Shown in pieces: positions 8,740 through 17,644 of a stretch of 64,000 bases of DNA. The stretch covers positions 62,259 through 126,258 of the forward strand of contig CAMJYM010000001.1 in NCBI GenBank assembly GCA_946220865.1, read 5' to 3'. The translations under genes were made by a program, and so were the position numbers. The notes beneath the pieces were generated by a model that was not told the DNA's origin, made no database searches, and saw nothing but the letters and a program-made list of their open reading frames with translations. This stretch comes from an uncultured Clostridia bacterium (GTDB taxonomy: Bacteria; Bacillota; Clostridia; Saccharofermentanales; DTU023). The first letter of the stretch is position 1, and every line of letters begins with the position of its first letter.

Positions 8740-11007
8740 TTAAGCCTCATCGAAACTCAACTGCTGACTCTCCGGAAAATCATTACGGATAAAACGCCCG
8801 GCTGCAGGCAAAGAACGGATACGATAATAGCTGTAAGACTCTTTCTCATCTTCTTTAACTGAAATAAGTTTCCGCAGTTCATAACCCTTACGTAGAGTCA
8901 TGACCTGAACGCCCTGAGAATTTTTAGTCTTTTTAAGAGGGATAAGACTGCTGTCCAGAAGGACCATGCGCTCCTGAGTAGAACTCAGAAGGATATCGCC
9001 AAAGGCATTTTCATCCTTCGCCCAGAGCAAGCCGCGCAATTCGGACCCTCCATAGATACCGTTCAGCAATTTGCGGCGGCGGTTTTTAGTTTCATAGCTG
9101 CTGACCTCGACTTTAACGGCCCGACCATTGGCAAAAGCCAGCAGGAGAACTCCGCTGAAAGCCTCATCACAGATGTGGATAAAGAGAATGCGCTCATCCT
9201 CTTCCAATTCCAGAATATTGGGTGTGTATTCTCCAAAATCAGAAGGTTTATGATCCGGAAGCTCAAAAATCTTGAGCTTATAGACATTCCCCTTTGTGCT
9301 GAAAAAGAGAATTTCTCCGCGGTTACTGCCTTCCATTTCCTGAATAATCTGGTCATTTTCTTTAAGCTTTAAGTCACCGGCGCTGCGCAGTGAAGTCAGC
9401 GGCATTTTTTTGATATAGCCTTCCCGCGTGAAAAAGATCTTCAGATTATAGTCTTCGATAACCTCGTCAAAAGTGGAAGTATCAACGGCCTGTTCAGAAC
9501 TGAGCAAAGTCTTGCGCTCACGTCCGTATTGATCTGCATAGTTTTTGAGCTGCACTTTAATCGCTTTATTGAGCAGTGCTCTGCTTTGCAGTGTGCGTTC
9601 CAGATCGCGGATTTGATCTTCAAGCTCGTGGATCTCTTCCGTGCGTCGGAGCAGATATTCCCTGTTTAAATGTCGCAGCTTAATTTCCGCCACAAATTCA
9701 GCCTGAATCTGATCCAGTGAAAAAGCCGCCATAAGGTGAGGGACGACCTCCTCCTCACGCTCCGTACGGCGAATAATGCGAATGGCCCGATCAATATCCA
9801 AAAGAATATTTTCCAGAGCTTTAAGGAGATGCAGTCGCTGTTCCAGCTTATCGCGGTTAAAAGTCAGCTCCCGCGACAGACACACACGCCGCCACTCAAT
9901 CCATTCATTCAAAATTTCCCGTACGCCCATAACTCGAGGGCTGTTTTTAATCAAAATATTAAAATTACAGGGAAAGCTGGACTCCATGCCGGAGAAGCGA
10001 TAAAGCTTTTGCAGGAGAAGGTCCAGATCAACATTCTTTTTGCAATCAATGGTGATGCGCAGGCCATTCAGGTCTGTTTCGTCACGAATATCATTGATTT
10101 CCCGGATTTTACCCGCTTTAGCCTGCTTGGTGATATCGTCAATGATTCCCTCCACTGTCGTGTTATAGGGAATTTCTGTGACCTCAATGCGGTTTTCCTT
10201 TGGTGATAAAGTCGCTTTGGCGCGCATGCGGAAACTGCCGCGGCCGCTCTCGTAAATCTCTCTCATCTGCTCTTTATTATAAAGAATGCTGCAACCGGTA
10301 GAAAAATCCGGAGCCGGCATAAGCGTGAGAATATCTGCCTGCGGATCATCAATAAGAGCAGCCGTCGCCATGCAGCATTCTCTCAAATTAAAAGAGGCAA
10401 TATTGGAGGCCATTCCGACAGCAATCCCCTGATTGGCATTGATCAGAACCGTAGGGATGACGGCAGGCAGGAGCACAGGTTCCTGTGTAGTTCCTGAATA
10501 ATTGTCAACAAAATCGACCGCATTTTTCTCGAGGCCACTGAAAAGACATTCACAGCTGGGGTCAAGGCGTGCCTCTGTATAACGGTAGGCGGCATATTGC
10601 ATATCACGAGAATAAACTTTACCAAAGTTTCCTTTGGAGTCCACCCAGGGATTGAGCAAAGCGCCGTTACCACGGGTCATACGAACCATAGTCTCATAAA
10701 TCGGCACATCCCCGTGGGGGTTCAGCGCCATGGTTTGACCGACGATATCTGCAGATTTGCTGCGGGGGCCCTTCATCAATCCCATGCGGTACATGGTATA
10801 GAGGAGCTTGCGCTGAGAAGGCTTAAACCCATCGATTTCCGGAATAGCCCTGGAGATGATGACACTCATCGCATAAGGCATATAGTTGTCTTTCAGCGTA
10901 TCCGTGATCGGCGAAAGCTCAATTTCAGCGGCATTCTTCTGAGTCGTCAGGGATGCTTCCCCGCCTGCTGGTCTTTTCTTTTCGTTATCCTGTTTTTTTC
11001 TGCTCAT
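8740..11007 (-). CDS. parC: Type IIA topoisomerase subunit A (topoisomerase IV ParC / GyrA-like)
   Basis: 755 aa with a characteristic N-terminus (YMPYAMSVIISRAIPEIDGFKPSQRKLLYTMY, active-site region HPHGD, YTEARL). I saw no GyrA-box (QRRGGKG-like), and it lies downstream of a ParE/GyrB-like gene, so I favour topo IV. Confidence 0.8.
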   Translation of the reverse strand: MSRKKQDNEKKRPAGGEASLTTQKNAAEIELSPITDTLKDNYMPYAMSVIISRAIPEIDGFKPSQRKLLYTMYRMGLMKGPRSKSADIVGQTMALNPHGDVPIYETMVRMTRGNGALLNPWVDSKGNFGKVYSRDMQYAAYRYTEARLDPSCECLFSGLEKNAVDFVDNYSGTTQEPVLLPAVIPTVLINANQGIAVGMASNIASFNLRECCMATAALIDDPQADILTLMPAPDFSTGCSILYNKEQMREIYESGRGSFRMRAKATLSPKENRIEVTEIPYNTTVEGIIDDITKQAKAGKIREINDIRDETDLNGLRITIDCKKNVDLDLLLQKLYRFSGMESSFPCNFNILIKNSPRVMGVREILNEWIEWRRVCLSRELTFNRDKLEQRLHLLKALENILLDIDRAIRIIRRTEREEEVVPHLMAAFSLDQIQAEFVAEIKLRHLNREYLLRRTEEIHELEDQIRDLERTLQSRALLNKAIKVQLKNYADQYGRERKTLLSSEQAVDTSTFDEVIEDYNLKIFFTREGYIKKMPLTSLRSAGDLKLKENDQIIQEMEGSNRGEILFFSTKGNVYKLKIFELPDHKPSDFGEYTPNILELEEDERILFIHICDEAFSGVLLLAFANGRAVKVEVSSYETKNRRRKLLNGIYGGSELRGLLWAKDENAFGDILLSSTQERMVLLDSSLIPLKKTKNSQGVQVMTLRKGYELRKLISVKEDEKESYSYYRIRSLPAAGRFIRNDFPESQQLSFDEA

Positions 11008-11135
11008 CTGCTCCGCTCTCTTCTGTTCTTTCTGAAGATCATTATGCTTATTTGCGCACTGAACCGTAAAAGGCTGGCCAGGCCCGCTTTATCCTGTTCC
11101 TTCGGAAGTCCGGCGCGACCCTGCTTCTGCTTTCT

Positions 11136-13124
11136 TTAACCTACATCCAGCATCTCCATATAATCTCCGCCGAAGTCTTCAATGTACTGCTTGCGGCCGG
11201 CAAGATTATCGCCAAGCAGAAGATCAAAAGTTTCCTGCATACGCTCATAAGACTCAGGCATGACCTGAATCAGACGTCGTGTCTCAGGGTTCATCGTGGT
11301 CTGCCACATCATCTCAGGATCATTTTCGCCAAGGCCTTTAGAGCGTTGAATGTGAATCTTCCCGCCCTGGAGCTGATCGAGGATTTCTTTTTTCTCTTTT
11401 TCAGTATAGGCAAAATAATTTTTCTCAATCCCCTTAGCCACATGGTTGATTTCAAAGAGTGGGGTCTCGGCAATATAGACCTTTCCTGCGTCGATAAGTT
11501 TGGGGGTCAGACGATAGAGCATGGCCAGGATCAGAGTTCTTATCTGGTAACCGTCAACATCTGCATCGGTACAGATGATAATCTTGCTCCAGCGCAGAGC
11601 ATCGAGGTCAAAGGGCGCAATATTATGGCTTTTCATCTTACCTTCAATATGAATGCCGCAGCCCAGTATCTTGAGCAGATCCATAATGATGTCATTTTTG
11701 AAAATCTGCCCATAGCTCGCCTTCAGGCAGTTGAGAATTTTACCGCGCAGGGGAATCACGGCCTGAAATTCAGCATCGCGAGCCATCTTCACAGAACCCA
11801 GAGCGGAGTTTCCCTCGACAATATAGAGTTCCCGTTCTTCAACATTACGGCTTCGGCAATCGACAAAGTTTTTAATGCGGTTGTACATGTTGTCGATTTG
11901 GCCGAGTAACTTTTTCTTGAGAGAGAGACGCTGTTTTTCGGCATTTTCCCGGCTGCGCTTGTTGACCAGGAGTTGATCGATGACCTGCCCTGCAGCAGCC
12001 TGATTTTCAATGAACCACACACGCAGATTTTCACGAATGAGATCATAAAGAAAAGTCTGAATAAAGCGATTGTTGATGGCCTTCTTCGTTTGGTTTTCGT
12101 AGGAACTGAAACTTGAAAAAGAGGAAATGACCAGAATAAGGCTGTCTTCTATGTCGTTGAAAGCTATTTTGCTCTCACCCGCTTTGTACTTATTCCCTGC
12201 TTTGATCTCGCGGTCAAATTCGGCCACAAAAGCTGAGCGAGCCGCACGGTCCGGGGATCCTCCGTACTCCAGCCAGGAAGAATTATGATAATATTCAATG
12301 CACGACTTACTGCGGTTGAAGGCAAAGGCGACTTCGGCAGTCACTTTATATTCGCTCTTATCTTCACGATCCTTACCCATCCCCTTACCGGAAAAAGAAA
12401 AGGTTTCAGTAATCGCATTTTCTGTGTTCAGCTCCGAAACATGAGCTTTTATGCCCTGCGGATAATAAAAATCTTCAGTACTTCCACTGGCCTCATCTTT
12501 CAGCACAAAACGCACACCTGCATTGACTATGGCCTGTTTTTTCAGAACATCCCGGAAAAAGTCCAGAGGCAGATCGATATCTGTAAAAACATGTCGATCC
12601 GGTTTCCAGCGCTGTATTGTGCCTGTTTTTCGCCCCTTGTATTCCTCCTTCTGAAGTCCCCCGATATTCTCCCCTTTCTCAAAATGCAAACTGTAGGCAT
12701 AGCCATCCCGGCGTACCAGAACATCAAAATATTCAGAGGCATACTGCGTCGCACAGGCCCCGAGGCCGTTCAGACCCAGACTGAATTCATAGTTACTGTC
12801 GCCCTGATTATTGTATTTACCGCCAGCATATAGCTCACAGTAAATCAGCTCCCAGTTGAAGCGCTTTTCATTTTTATTGTAATCCAGGGGAATACCGCGA
12901 CCTTCGTCTTCCACCTGGATGGAATGATCTTTATAACGACTGACAGTGATCAGACTGCCAAAACCTTCGCGGGCCTCATCAATTGAATTAGAGAGAATCT
13001 CGAAAAAAGAGTGTTTACAACCTTCCAGATCATCCGAGCCAAAGATAACGCTCGGACGCAGCCTTACGCGTTCCGCTCCTTTCAGAGCGCTGATGCTCTC
13101 ATTTGTATATTCTCTTCCGCTCAT
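11136..13124 (-). CDS. parE: Type IIA topoisomerase subunit B (topoisomerase IV ParE / GyrB-like)
   Basis: 662 aa with a GHKL ATPase N-terminus (LKGAERVRLRPSVIFGS, DEAREG), a Toprim region (ELYIVEGNSALGS, IIICTDADVDGYQIRTL) and a GGGGGAAG RBS. Confidence 0.85.
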   Translation of the reverse strand: MSGREYTNESISALKGAERVRLRPSVIFGSDDLEGCKHSFFEILSNSIDEAREGFGSLITVSRYKDHSIQVEDEGRGIPLDYNKNEKRFNWELIYCELYAGGKYNNQGDSNYEFSLGLNGLGACATQYASEYFDVLVRRDGYAYSLHFEKGENIGGLQKEEYKGRKTGTIQRWKPDRHVFTDIDLPLDFFRDVLKKQAIVNAGVRFVLKDEASGSTEDFYYPQGIKAHVSELNTENAITETFSFSGKGMGKDREDKSEYKVTAEVAFAFNRSKSCIEYYHNSSWLEYGGSPDRAARSAFVAEFDREIKAGNKYKAGESKIAFNDIEDSLILVISSFSSFSSYENQTKKAINNRFIQTFLYDLIRENLRVWFIENQAAAGQVIDQLLVNKRSRENAEKQRLSLKKKLLGQIDNMYNRIKNFVDCRSRNVEERELYIVEGNSALGSVKMARDAEFQAVIPLRGKILNCLKASYGQIFKNDIIMDLLKILGCGIHIEGKMKSHNIAPFDLDALRWSKIIICTDADVDGYQIRTLILAMLYRLTPKLIDAGKVYIAETPLFEINHVAKGIEKNYFAYTEKEKKEILDQLQGGKIHIQRSKGLGENDPEMMWQTTMNPETRRLIQVMPESYERMQETFDLLLGDNLAGRKQYIEDFGGDYMEMLDVG

Positions 13125-13190
13125 ACTTCCCCCTGAACTTTAATCACTGTAGAACCTTAATAGCATAGGCTTGAATTAGAGACCATTTTA

Positions 13191-13228
13191 ACAAAAAAGA
13201 AGCCCGCAACTCAAAAGAGTTCGGGCTT
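13191..13228 (-). terminator. Rho-independent terminator after the tRNA-Gly/tRNA-Arg pair
   Basis: The minus strand reads GCCCGAACTC-TTTT-GAGTTGCGGGC followed by TTCTTTTTTGT. Confidence 0.75.
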
Positions 13229-13231
13229 AAT

Positions 13232-13308
13232 TGGTGAGCGTAGAAGGACTCGAACCTTCGGCCCACAGCTTAGAAGGCTGTTGCTCTATCCAACTGAGCT
13301 ATACGCCC
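13232..13308 (-). tRNA. tRNA-Arg (anticodon TCT)
   Basis: The reverse complement GGGCGTATAGCTCAGTTGGATAGAGCAACAGCCTTCTAAGCTGTGGGCCGAAGGTTCGAGTCCTTCTACGCTCACCA folds as a cloverleaf. The anticodon loop is CUUCUAA and CCA is encoded. Confidence 0.93.
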
Positions 13309-13325
13309 AAAAGGCCGTTTCGACC

Positions 13326-13399
13326 TGGAGCGGGTGAAGGGAATCGAACCCTCACGATCAGCTTGGAAGGCTGATGTTCTACCACTAAACTACACCCGC
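13326..13399 (-). tRNA. tRNA-Gly (anticodon TCC)
   Basis: The reverse complement GCGGGTGTAGTTTAGTGGTAGAACATCAGCCTTCCAAGCTGATCGTGAGGGTTCGATTCCCTTCACCCGCTCCA has anticodon loop CUUCCAA, and CCA is encoded. Confidence 0.93.
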
Positions 13400-13469
13400 A
13401 TCATAGCTCTTCACCTCGGGCAAAGGGCTCGATCATAATAACTCAAGCTTCTTTTCTTGTAAAGTTTTC

Positions 13470-14951
13470 TTATTCTCCCAGATAGTCGGCATAGACCCAG
13501 CCTTCAACACCGCGTTGATCGCGCACGTAGATCCAGCCCTTTTCTTCAGGAGCAAGCTGCAGCAGGGCTTCGCCGCGCTGAATTGTGCCAAGCAGAGCTG
13601 AGGCCGCATCAGGGGCACTTCGAAGCTGTAAATTATTAGCCTGGACAAGATGGCTGATTTCCAAAGTGGTTTCTCGGGGGGCGACAGCACTCACCCCAAC
13701 CTGAACTGTCTCTGCCTGAGTGGCTACGGTGGTCTCTTCGCTCCTTGGCGGTGGCAGTTCGCCGCGTCGTGCCAGGGAGCGGAAGATGAAGAGCAGCAGC
13801 AAAAAGGCCAGTATCAGGGAGACTGTTGCAAAGAATTTAGAAAGCACTGGCTGGCCGGGCCAGAGGGAGAAAAATTTTTTGAGCTTCGTTTTGACGCTTT
13901 CCCTGAACGGTTCAAGAGAAAATTCACGGAGCTGCTCGCTGATCTCATCCCAACGGCTCTTTTTGCGGCGGCCGGCCAGAGCTTCAAGATTGGCAGCTCT
14001 CTGTGCACGGGCTTCAGCATCCAGAATTTCTATTCTCGGCGGTGGGCTGGCCGTCTTGCTGCCAAGGCGTGGGCGAGCCTGCGAGGGCAGCTGTCGCGGC
14101 GAAACTTTAGCGCCCTCGTGGTGATGTTCACGCTGGTGAAAGAAAGTGTTCACCGCAGGAACGAGCGCCTGTCCAAAGCGCACGCGTGACACGCGGGAAC
14201 GCCCGACAAGTTTGGAAAAACGACGGGCTCGGGTAATACGCCTCTGTTCTTCCCCTACGGTCATTTCATTCGAAGCACCCTGCTGGATAGAATTGACCTC
14301 AGCACGCTGAACCTGCAGAGCAAACCAACTTTGCTCAAAGTTATAGCCGTAGGTTTTGCCCAGTTCGCTGAGGTTTTTCATGCAGGCATGAAGCTGTTGC
14401 CGTGAAGAAAAAACTTCTTCCAACTCCTCTGCCTTAAAGTAATCCACAAAGGCAGGCGTCAGAAGAATCAGCAAATCATCCGCCCTTGGCGTCAGGGTGT
14501 AAAAGTCGCAACCCGGCATAAAATCCTGGGGGAAAACTCCCTGGGGCGGCAGTATGGGCTGAAGACGAAACAGTGCCCCATCACGCAGCAAATAGACGCC
14601 CTTTTGTCTGTCCTGCCAGAGTAAAATAAGATCCGCAGAAGCCGCCATCAAAAATGACGCATCCGCCTGGTAACGTGACAGCAAATCCGGCAAAGCAGCC
14701 AGCCCAAGATTCTGCATTTCTTTAAAAATGCTCTCAAAATGCTTCATCTCATCAAGCAGATGAAGGCGCTCAGTTGATGTGTTTTCTATGGAATAGTAAG
14801 CGCTGCAAAGGTGAACTTCACGGTTTCCTGACAACACAACATTAACAGACTTCTCGGAAGTGAGATGCCCGATAGCCTTGTTGTTCATCTGCAAGGTCAG
14901 GAGCGAAAGATCCTGTTCACTGATGTGGGCAGTCAGCAATGCACGCAGCAT
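13470..14951 (-). CDS. Single-pass membrane protein with C-terminal bacterial SH3 domain; N-terminal cytoplasmic domain unknown
   Basis: TM helix FFATVSLILAFLLLLFIF, followed by an SH3b-like end (LRSAPDAASALLGTIQRGEALLQLAPEEKGWIYVRDQRGVEGWVYADYL). I placed the start at the ATG at 14951 (GAGGA 5 nt upstream). The track ORF begins at a TTG at 14984. Confidence 0.6.
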   Translation of the reverse strand: MLRALLTAHISEQDLSLLTLQMNNKAIGHLTSEKSVNVVLSGNREVHLCSAYYSIENTSTERLHLLDEMKHFESIFKEMQNLGLAALPDLLSRYQADASFLMAASADLILLWQDRQKGVYLLRDGALFRLQPILPPQGVFPQDFMPGCDFYTLTPRADDLLILLTPAFVDYFKAEELEEVFSSRQQLHACMKNLSELGKTYGYNFEQSWFALQVQRAEVNSIQQGASNEMTVGEEQRRITRARRFSKLVGRSRVSRVRFGQALVPAVNTFFHQREHHHEGAKVSPRQLPSQARPRLGSKTASPPPRIEILDAEARAQRAANLEALAGRRKKSRWDEISEQLREFSLEPFRESVKTKLKKFFSLWPGQPVLSKFFATVSLILAFLLLLFIFRSLARRGELPPPRSEETTVATQAETVQVGVSAVAPRETTLEISHLVQANNLQLRSAPDAASALLGTIQRGEALLQLAPEEKGWIYVRDQRGVEGWVYADYLGE

Positions 14952-15519
14952 GGTCATCCTCAGTTCTGAAGTATTCCTCTTCAAGTAAACTCATGATGTG
15001 CATATCTAGCCACGAATTCCCACGTCTTGTCAAATCACGGCGGCAGCCCTCATCGACAAAGCCAAGGCTTTTAAAGAGTGCTCTCGAGGCGTCGTTACCC
15101 TCTAAGTAGGATATCTCTACGCGGTGAAGGTTTAGTTCCCCGAAAGCATAGGCCAGCATGAGTTTAACGCCTTCTTTGGCAAGACCACGGCCGCGTGCCG
15201 ATGGATCCGTGATGGCAATACCCAGAACAGCATGCCGCGAACGCAGATCAATATCATCGAGGTTGACGAGGCCAACGGTTTTCCCGACTGCTTTTTCAAC
15301 CAGGGAAAAGGCCAGGTATTTATCGCCCTCATTCATGCCGCTCACATATGTTCTGAGCTGAGCTTCATTCAGTGGAAGCAGGGCTTCTTCAAGATAATAA
15401 GCACGTTCGGATACTTCCGCAAAAAAATTGCGGTAGGCCTTAAAATCAGCCTCTTCCGGAGCACGGAGGCAGAGCCTCTGACCTTCCGGGAAATGCTGCT
15501 CTTCTCGCCCGAAACTCAT
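14917..15519 (-). CDS. GNAT family N-acetyltransferase (RimJ/RimL-like)
   Basis: 200 aa with an acetyl-CoA binding segment (GIAITDPSARGRGLAKEGVKLMLAYAFGELNLHRVEISYLEGNDASRALFKSLGF). Confidence 0.8.
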   Translation of the reverse strand: MSFGREEQHFPEGQRLCLRAPEEADFKAYRNFFAEVSERAYYLEEALLPLNEAQLRTYVSGMNEGDKYLAFSLVEKAVGKTVGLVNLDDIDLRSRHAVLGIAITDPSARGRGLAKEGVKLMLAYAFGELNLHRVEISYLEGNDASRALFKSLGFVDEGCRRDLTRRGNSWLDMHIMSLLEEEYFRTEDDHAACIADCPHQ

Positions 15520-15521
15520 GT

Positions 15522-16766
15522 TTAAACTCTCCCAGCCTGAACAAACTTAAGTTTGGCAAAGCGCGGCAGGGAATTTTCCAGAATCAAGTTCGGACTTCCC
15601 TGAATAAGCGGCATCGCATAATCAAAATAGGCCTGTTCCATGTTATTTCCATCACGGGAGATCCAGGCTTCCGGAACCTTTTTCTCCGTATTGGCCACCT
15701 CGCGCAGAGGTATTTTCACCATCTCGCATTGATAAGGGCCTGACTGTGGACGGGCAAAACCGATCATGACATCACTTTCGCCATCCATCGCTGTTTTGAC
15801 AGCAGCCTGTCCTGCGGCAAAGCTTTCCTCAACATCACGCTCGGAAGCCAGGTGAGCCGCACAGCGCTGCATCAGAGAAAGCTCTATGTTTCTTATTTTT
15901 GTAGAAATATGTTCACCGATAATACCGCCGAGTACTTCTGCAGTGCCGCCAAGCTGCTTATGTCCAAAGGCATCCGTGCGCACCGCGCCGCGCATTTCAG
16001 GGATAAGTTTACCATCCCTCGTCCTCACCCCTTCCGAAACACAGATGACGACTTGCCTTTTCCTCTCGTAGACGCGTTTCACATCATCGATAAACTCATT
16101 GAGATCGAAAACATGCTCCGGCAGATAGAGCAGATCCGGGCCATAACCCATGACCGCAGCAAGAGATGAAGCCGCCGTCAACCAGCCAGCATTGCGTCCC
16201 ATGATTTCGATGATGGTAATCTGAGGAATGTTGTAAACCGTAGCATCCTTGTAGATCTCCATAACAGTTGTGGCGATATAGCGAGCAGCCGAGCCGTAAC
16301 CCGGGCAATGATCCGTTATGGAAAGATCGTTATCAATGGTCTTAGGTACACCAATCACACGGCAATCAAAATTCTGCGACTTCAGGAACTTACTGATTTT
16401 ATTACAGGTGTCCATGGAGTCGTTGCCCCCGTTATACAGGAAGGTATGAATATTGTATTTTTTAAAAACTTCAAGAACTTTGCGGTAATCCGTCTCATCA
16501 TCTTCAATATTCGCCAATTTATAGCGGCAGGAACCGAGAATCGAAGAGGGCGTCTGTTTAAGCAGGACGAGCTCGTCCGGATCTTCCTGACCAATATCAA
16601 AGAAATCTTCTTCAAGTATGCCAACAATACCGTGATGAGCGCCATAAACTTTGCCGAAAGCTTCCGGATGCGCAAGAGCTTCAGTAAAGACTCCGGCAGC
16701 ACTACTGTTGATCACCGCTGTCGGTCCACCGGATTGAGCAAATATCAAATTACCAGGATGTGACAT
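15522..16766 (-). CDS. pfp: PFK-A family phosphofructokinase, PPi-type signature (diphosphate--fructose-6-phosphate 1-phosphotransferase)
   Basis: 414 aa with QSGGPTAVINSS, YNGGNDSMD (Asp at the position of E. coli Gly104), GVPKTIDNDL (Lys at the position of Gly124) and MGRNAGWL. GGAGG RBS. Confidence 0.75.
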   Translation of the reverse strand: MSHPGNLIFAQSGGPTAVINSSAAGVFTEALAHPEAFGKVYGAHHGIVGILEEDFFDIGQEDPDELVLLKQTPSSILGSCRYKLANIEDDETDYRKVLEVFKKYNIHTFLYNGGNDSMDTCNKISKFLKSQNFDCRVIGVPKTIDNDLSITDHCPGYGSAARYIATTVMEIYKDATVYNIPQITIIEIMGRNAGWLTAASSLAAVMGYGPDLLYLPEHVFDLNEFIDDVKRVYERKRQVVICVSEGVRTRDGKLIPEMRGAVRTDAFGHKQLGGTAEVLGGIIGEHISTKIRNIELSLMQRCAAHLASERDVEESFAAGQAAVKTAMDGESDVMIGFARPQSGPYQCEMVKIPLREVANTEKKVPEAWISRDGNNMEQAYFDYAMPLIQGSPNLILENSLPRFAKLKFVQAGRV

Positions 16767-17092
16767 ATAACCTCCGTATGAGCCTTCTTCATCATGGCGG
16801 AAGTTCCGCGTTCGGGCTCTTTAATCAAACTTAGATAAAAACCTTGAATCTTTAATATTATAAAGAAAGGAAAAGAGAAAAACATCAGTTCTGAGAGGAT
16901 TAATGGAATCGTACAAATAGTGAAAAAAAAAAGATTAAAAATCAGTCAAGTACATGAAGATAAAAAGCATTTAGAATTTCTAACTCTGAAAATGAAGTAA
17001 ATTATGCTTGTCACAATTCAGAATTTGCTTCATTCAAGGCCAGGTTAATTCAAAATCATCAAGCATCTTAAACAAAAAATCTCTACTTAACA

Positions 17093-17157
17093 ATTCGCAA
17101 CAGAAATTGCGCCTGAGAATCGCAGCAGAAATTGCACCCAAGAATGCACCTAAAAAT
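17093..17157. repeat. Imperfect 25-bp tandem repeat (2 copies plus a partial third)
   Basis: ATTCGCAACAGAAATTGCGCCTGAG (17093-17117) and AATCGCAGCAGAAATTGCACCCAAG (17118-17142) match at 20/25 positions. A partial AATGCACCTAAAAAT follows. It lies in an AT-rich 455-bp gap. Confidence 0.6.
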
Positions 17158-17175
17158 AGATTTATTCACAGTTCG

Positions 17176-17216
17176 TATAAAAGCAAGAATCCCGTAACGT
17201 CTTTGTTACGGGATTC
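17176..17216 (-). terminator. Rho-independent terminator of the tRNA His-Gln-Lys operon
   Basis: The minus strand reads GAATCCCGTAAC-aaagac-GTTACGGGATTC (12-bp stem) followed by TTGCTTTTAT. Confidence 0.75.
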
Positions 17217-17221
17217 CTGAC

Positions 17222-17297
17222 TGGTGACCCACGAGGGATTCGAACCCTCGACCCCCTGATTAAAAGTCAGATGCTCTACCAACTGAGCTAGTGGATC
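17222..17297 (-). tRNA. tRNA-Lys (anticodon TTT)
   Basis: The reverse complement GATCCACTAGCTCAGTTGGTAGAGCATCTGACTTTTAATCAGGGGGTCGAGGGTTCGAATCCCTCGTGGGTCACCA has anticodon loop CUUUUAA. Confidence 0.92.
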
Positions 17298-17302
17298 AAA
17301 TA

Positions 17303-17377
17303 TGGCTGGGGTGGTAGGATTTGAACCTGCGAATGCGGGAGTCAAAGTCCCGTGCCTTACCCCTTGGCTACACCCCA
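17303..17377 (-). tRNA. tRNA-Gln (anticodon TTG)
   Basis: The reverse complement TGGGGTGTAGCCAAGGGGTAAGGCACGGGACTTTGACTCCCGCATTCGCAGGTTCAAATCCTACCACCCCAGCCA has anticodon loop CUUUGAC. Confidence 0.92.
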
Positions 17378-17406
17378 ATGTTATTGCTTGCGCCACGGCG
17401 CAAAAG

Positions 17407-17484
17407 TGGGGTGGAATATGGGATTCGAACCCATGACCTCCAGGGCCACAACCTGGCACTCTAACCAACTGAGCTAATCCCACC
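17407..17484 (-). tRNA. tRNA-His (anticodon GTG, with encoded G-1)
   Basis: The reverse complement GGTGGGATTAGCTCAGTTGGTTAGAGTGCCAGGTTGTGGCCCTGGAGGTCATGGGTTCGAATCCCATATTCCACCCCA has anticodon loop UUGUGGC. The extra 5' G pairs with discriminator C, as is typical of tRNA-His. Confidence 0.92.
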
Positions 17485-17513
17485 ATTCATGCCTTTTTTG
17501 CGGCACGGTGATT

Positions 17514-17543
17514 ATTATAGGGGCTGTTTTCAGGTCTTGTCAA
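17514..17543 (-). promoter_or_regulatory. Sigma-70-type promoter of the tRNA His-Gln-Lys operon
   Basis: The minus strand reads TTGACA (17543-17538), an 18-nt spacer, then TATAAT (17519-17514). This is about 30 nt upstream of the tRNA-His 5' end. Confidence 0.6.
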
Positions 17544-17556
17544 GCTAAAAATATCG

Positions 17557-17585
17557 CGTGACTCAGTTCAGTCGTGACTCAGTTC
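17557..17585. repeat. Two perfect 13-bp direct repeats CGTGACTCAGTTC (16-bp period)
   Basis: Copies at 17557-17569 and 17573-17585, each containing the palindromic core TGACTCA. They lie directly upstream of the -35 box of the tRNA promoter. Confidence 0.8.
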
Positions 17586-17644
17586 TTCTGTTGAAACGAT
17601 AGATCTGGTTTTTCACTCTTATTAAAAAGTGAAGAACCTGTCAC

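Noticed and set aside
17166-17486. A 106-aa ORF covering the tRNA Lys/Gln/His cluster, and similarly a 74-aa ORF (40748-40972) inside ssrA.
   Set aside because: The sequence is fully explained by the canonical tRNA cloverleaves and the tmRNA, so these ORFs are spurious.
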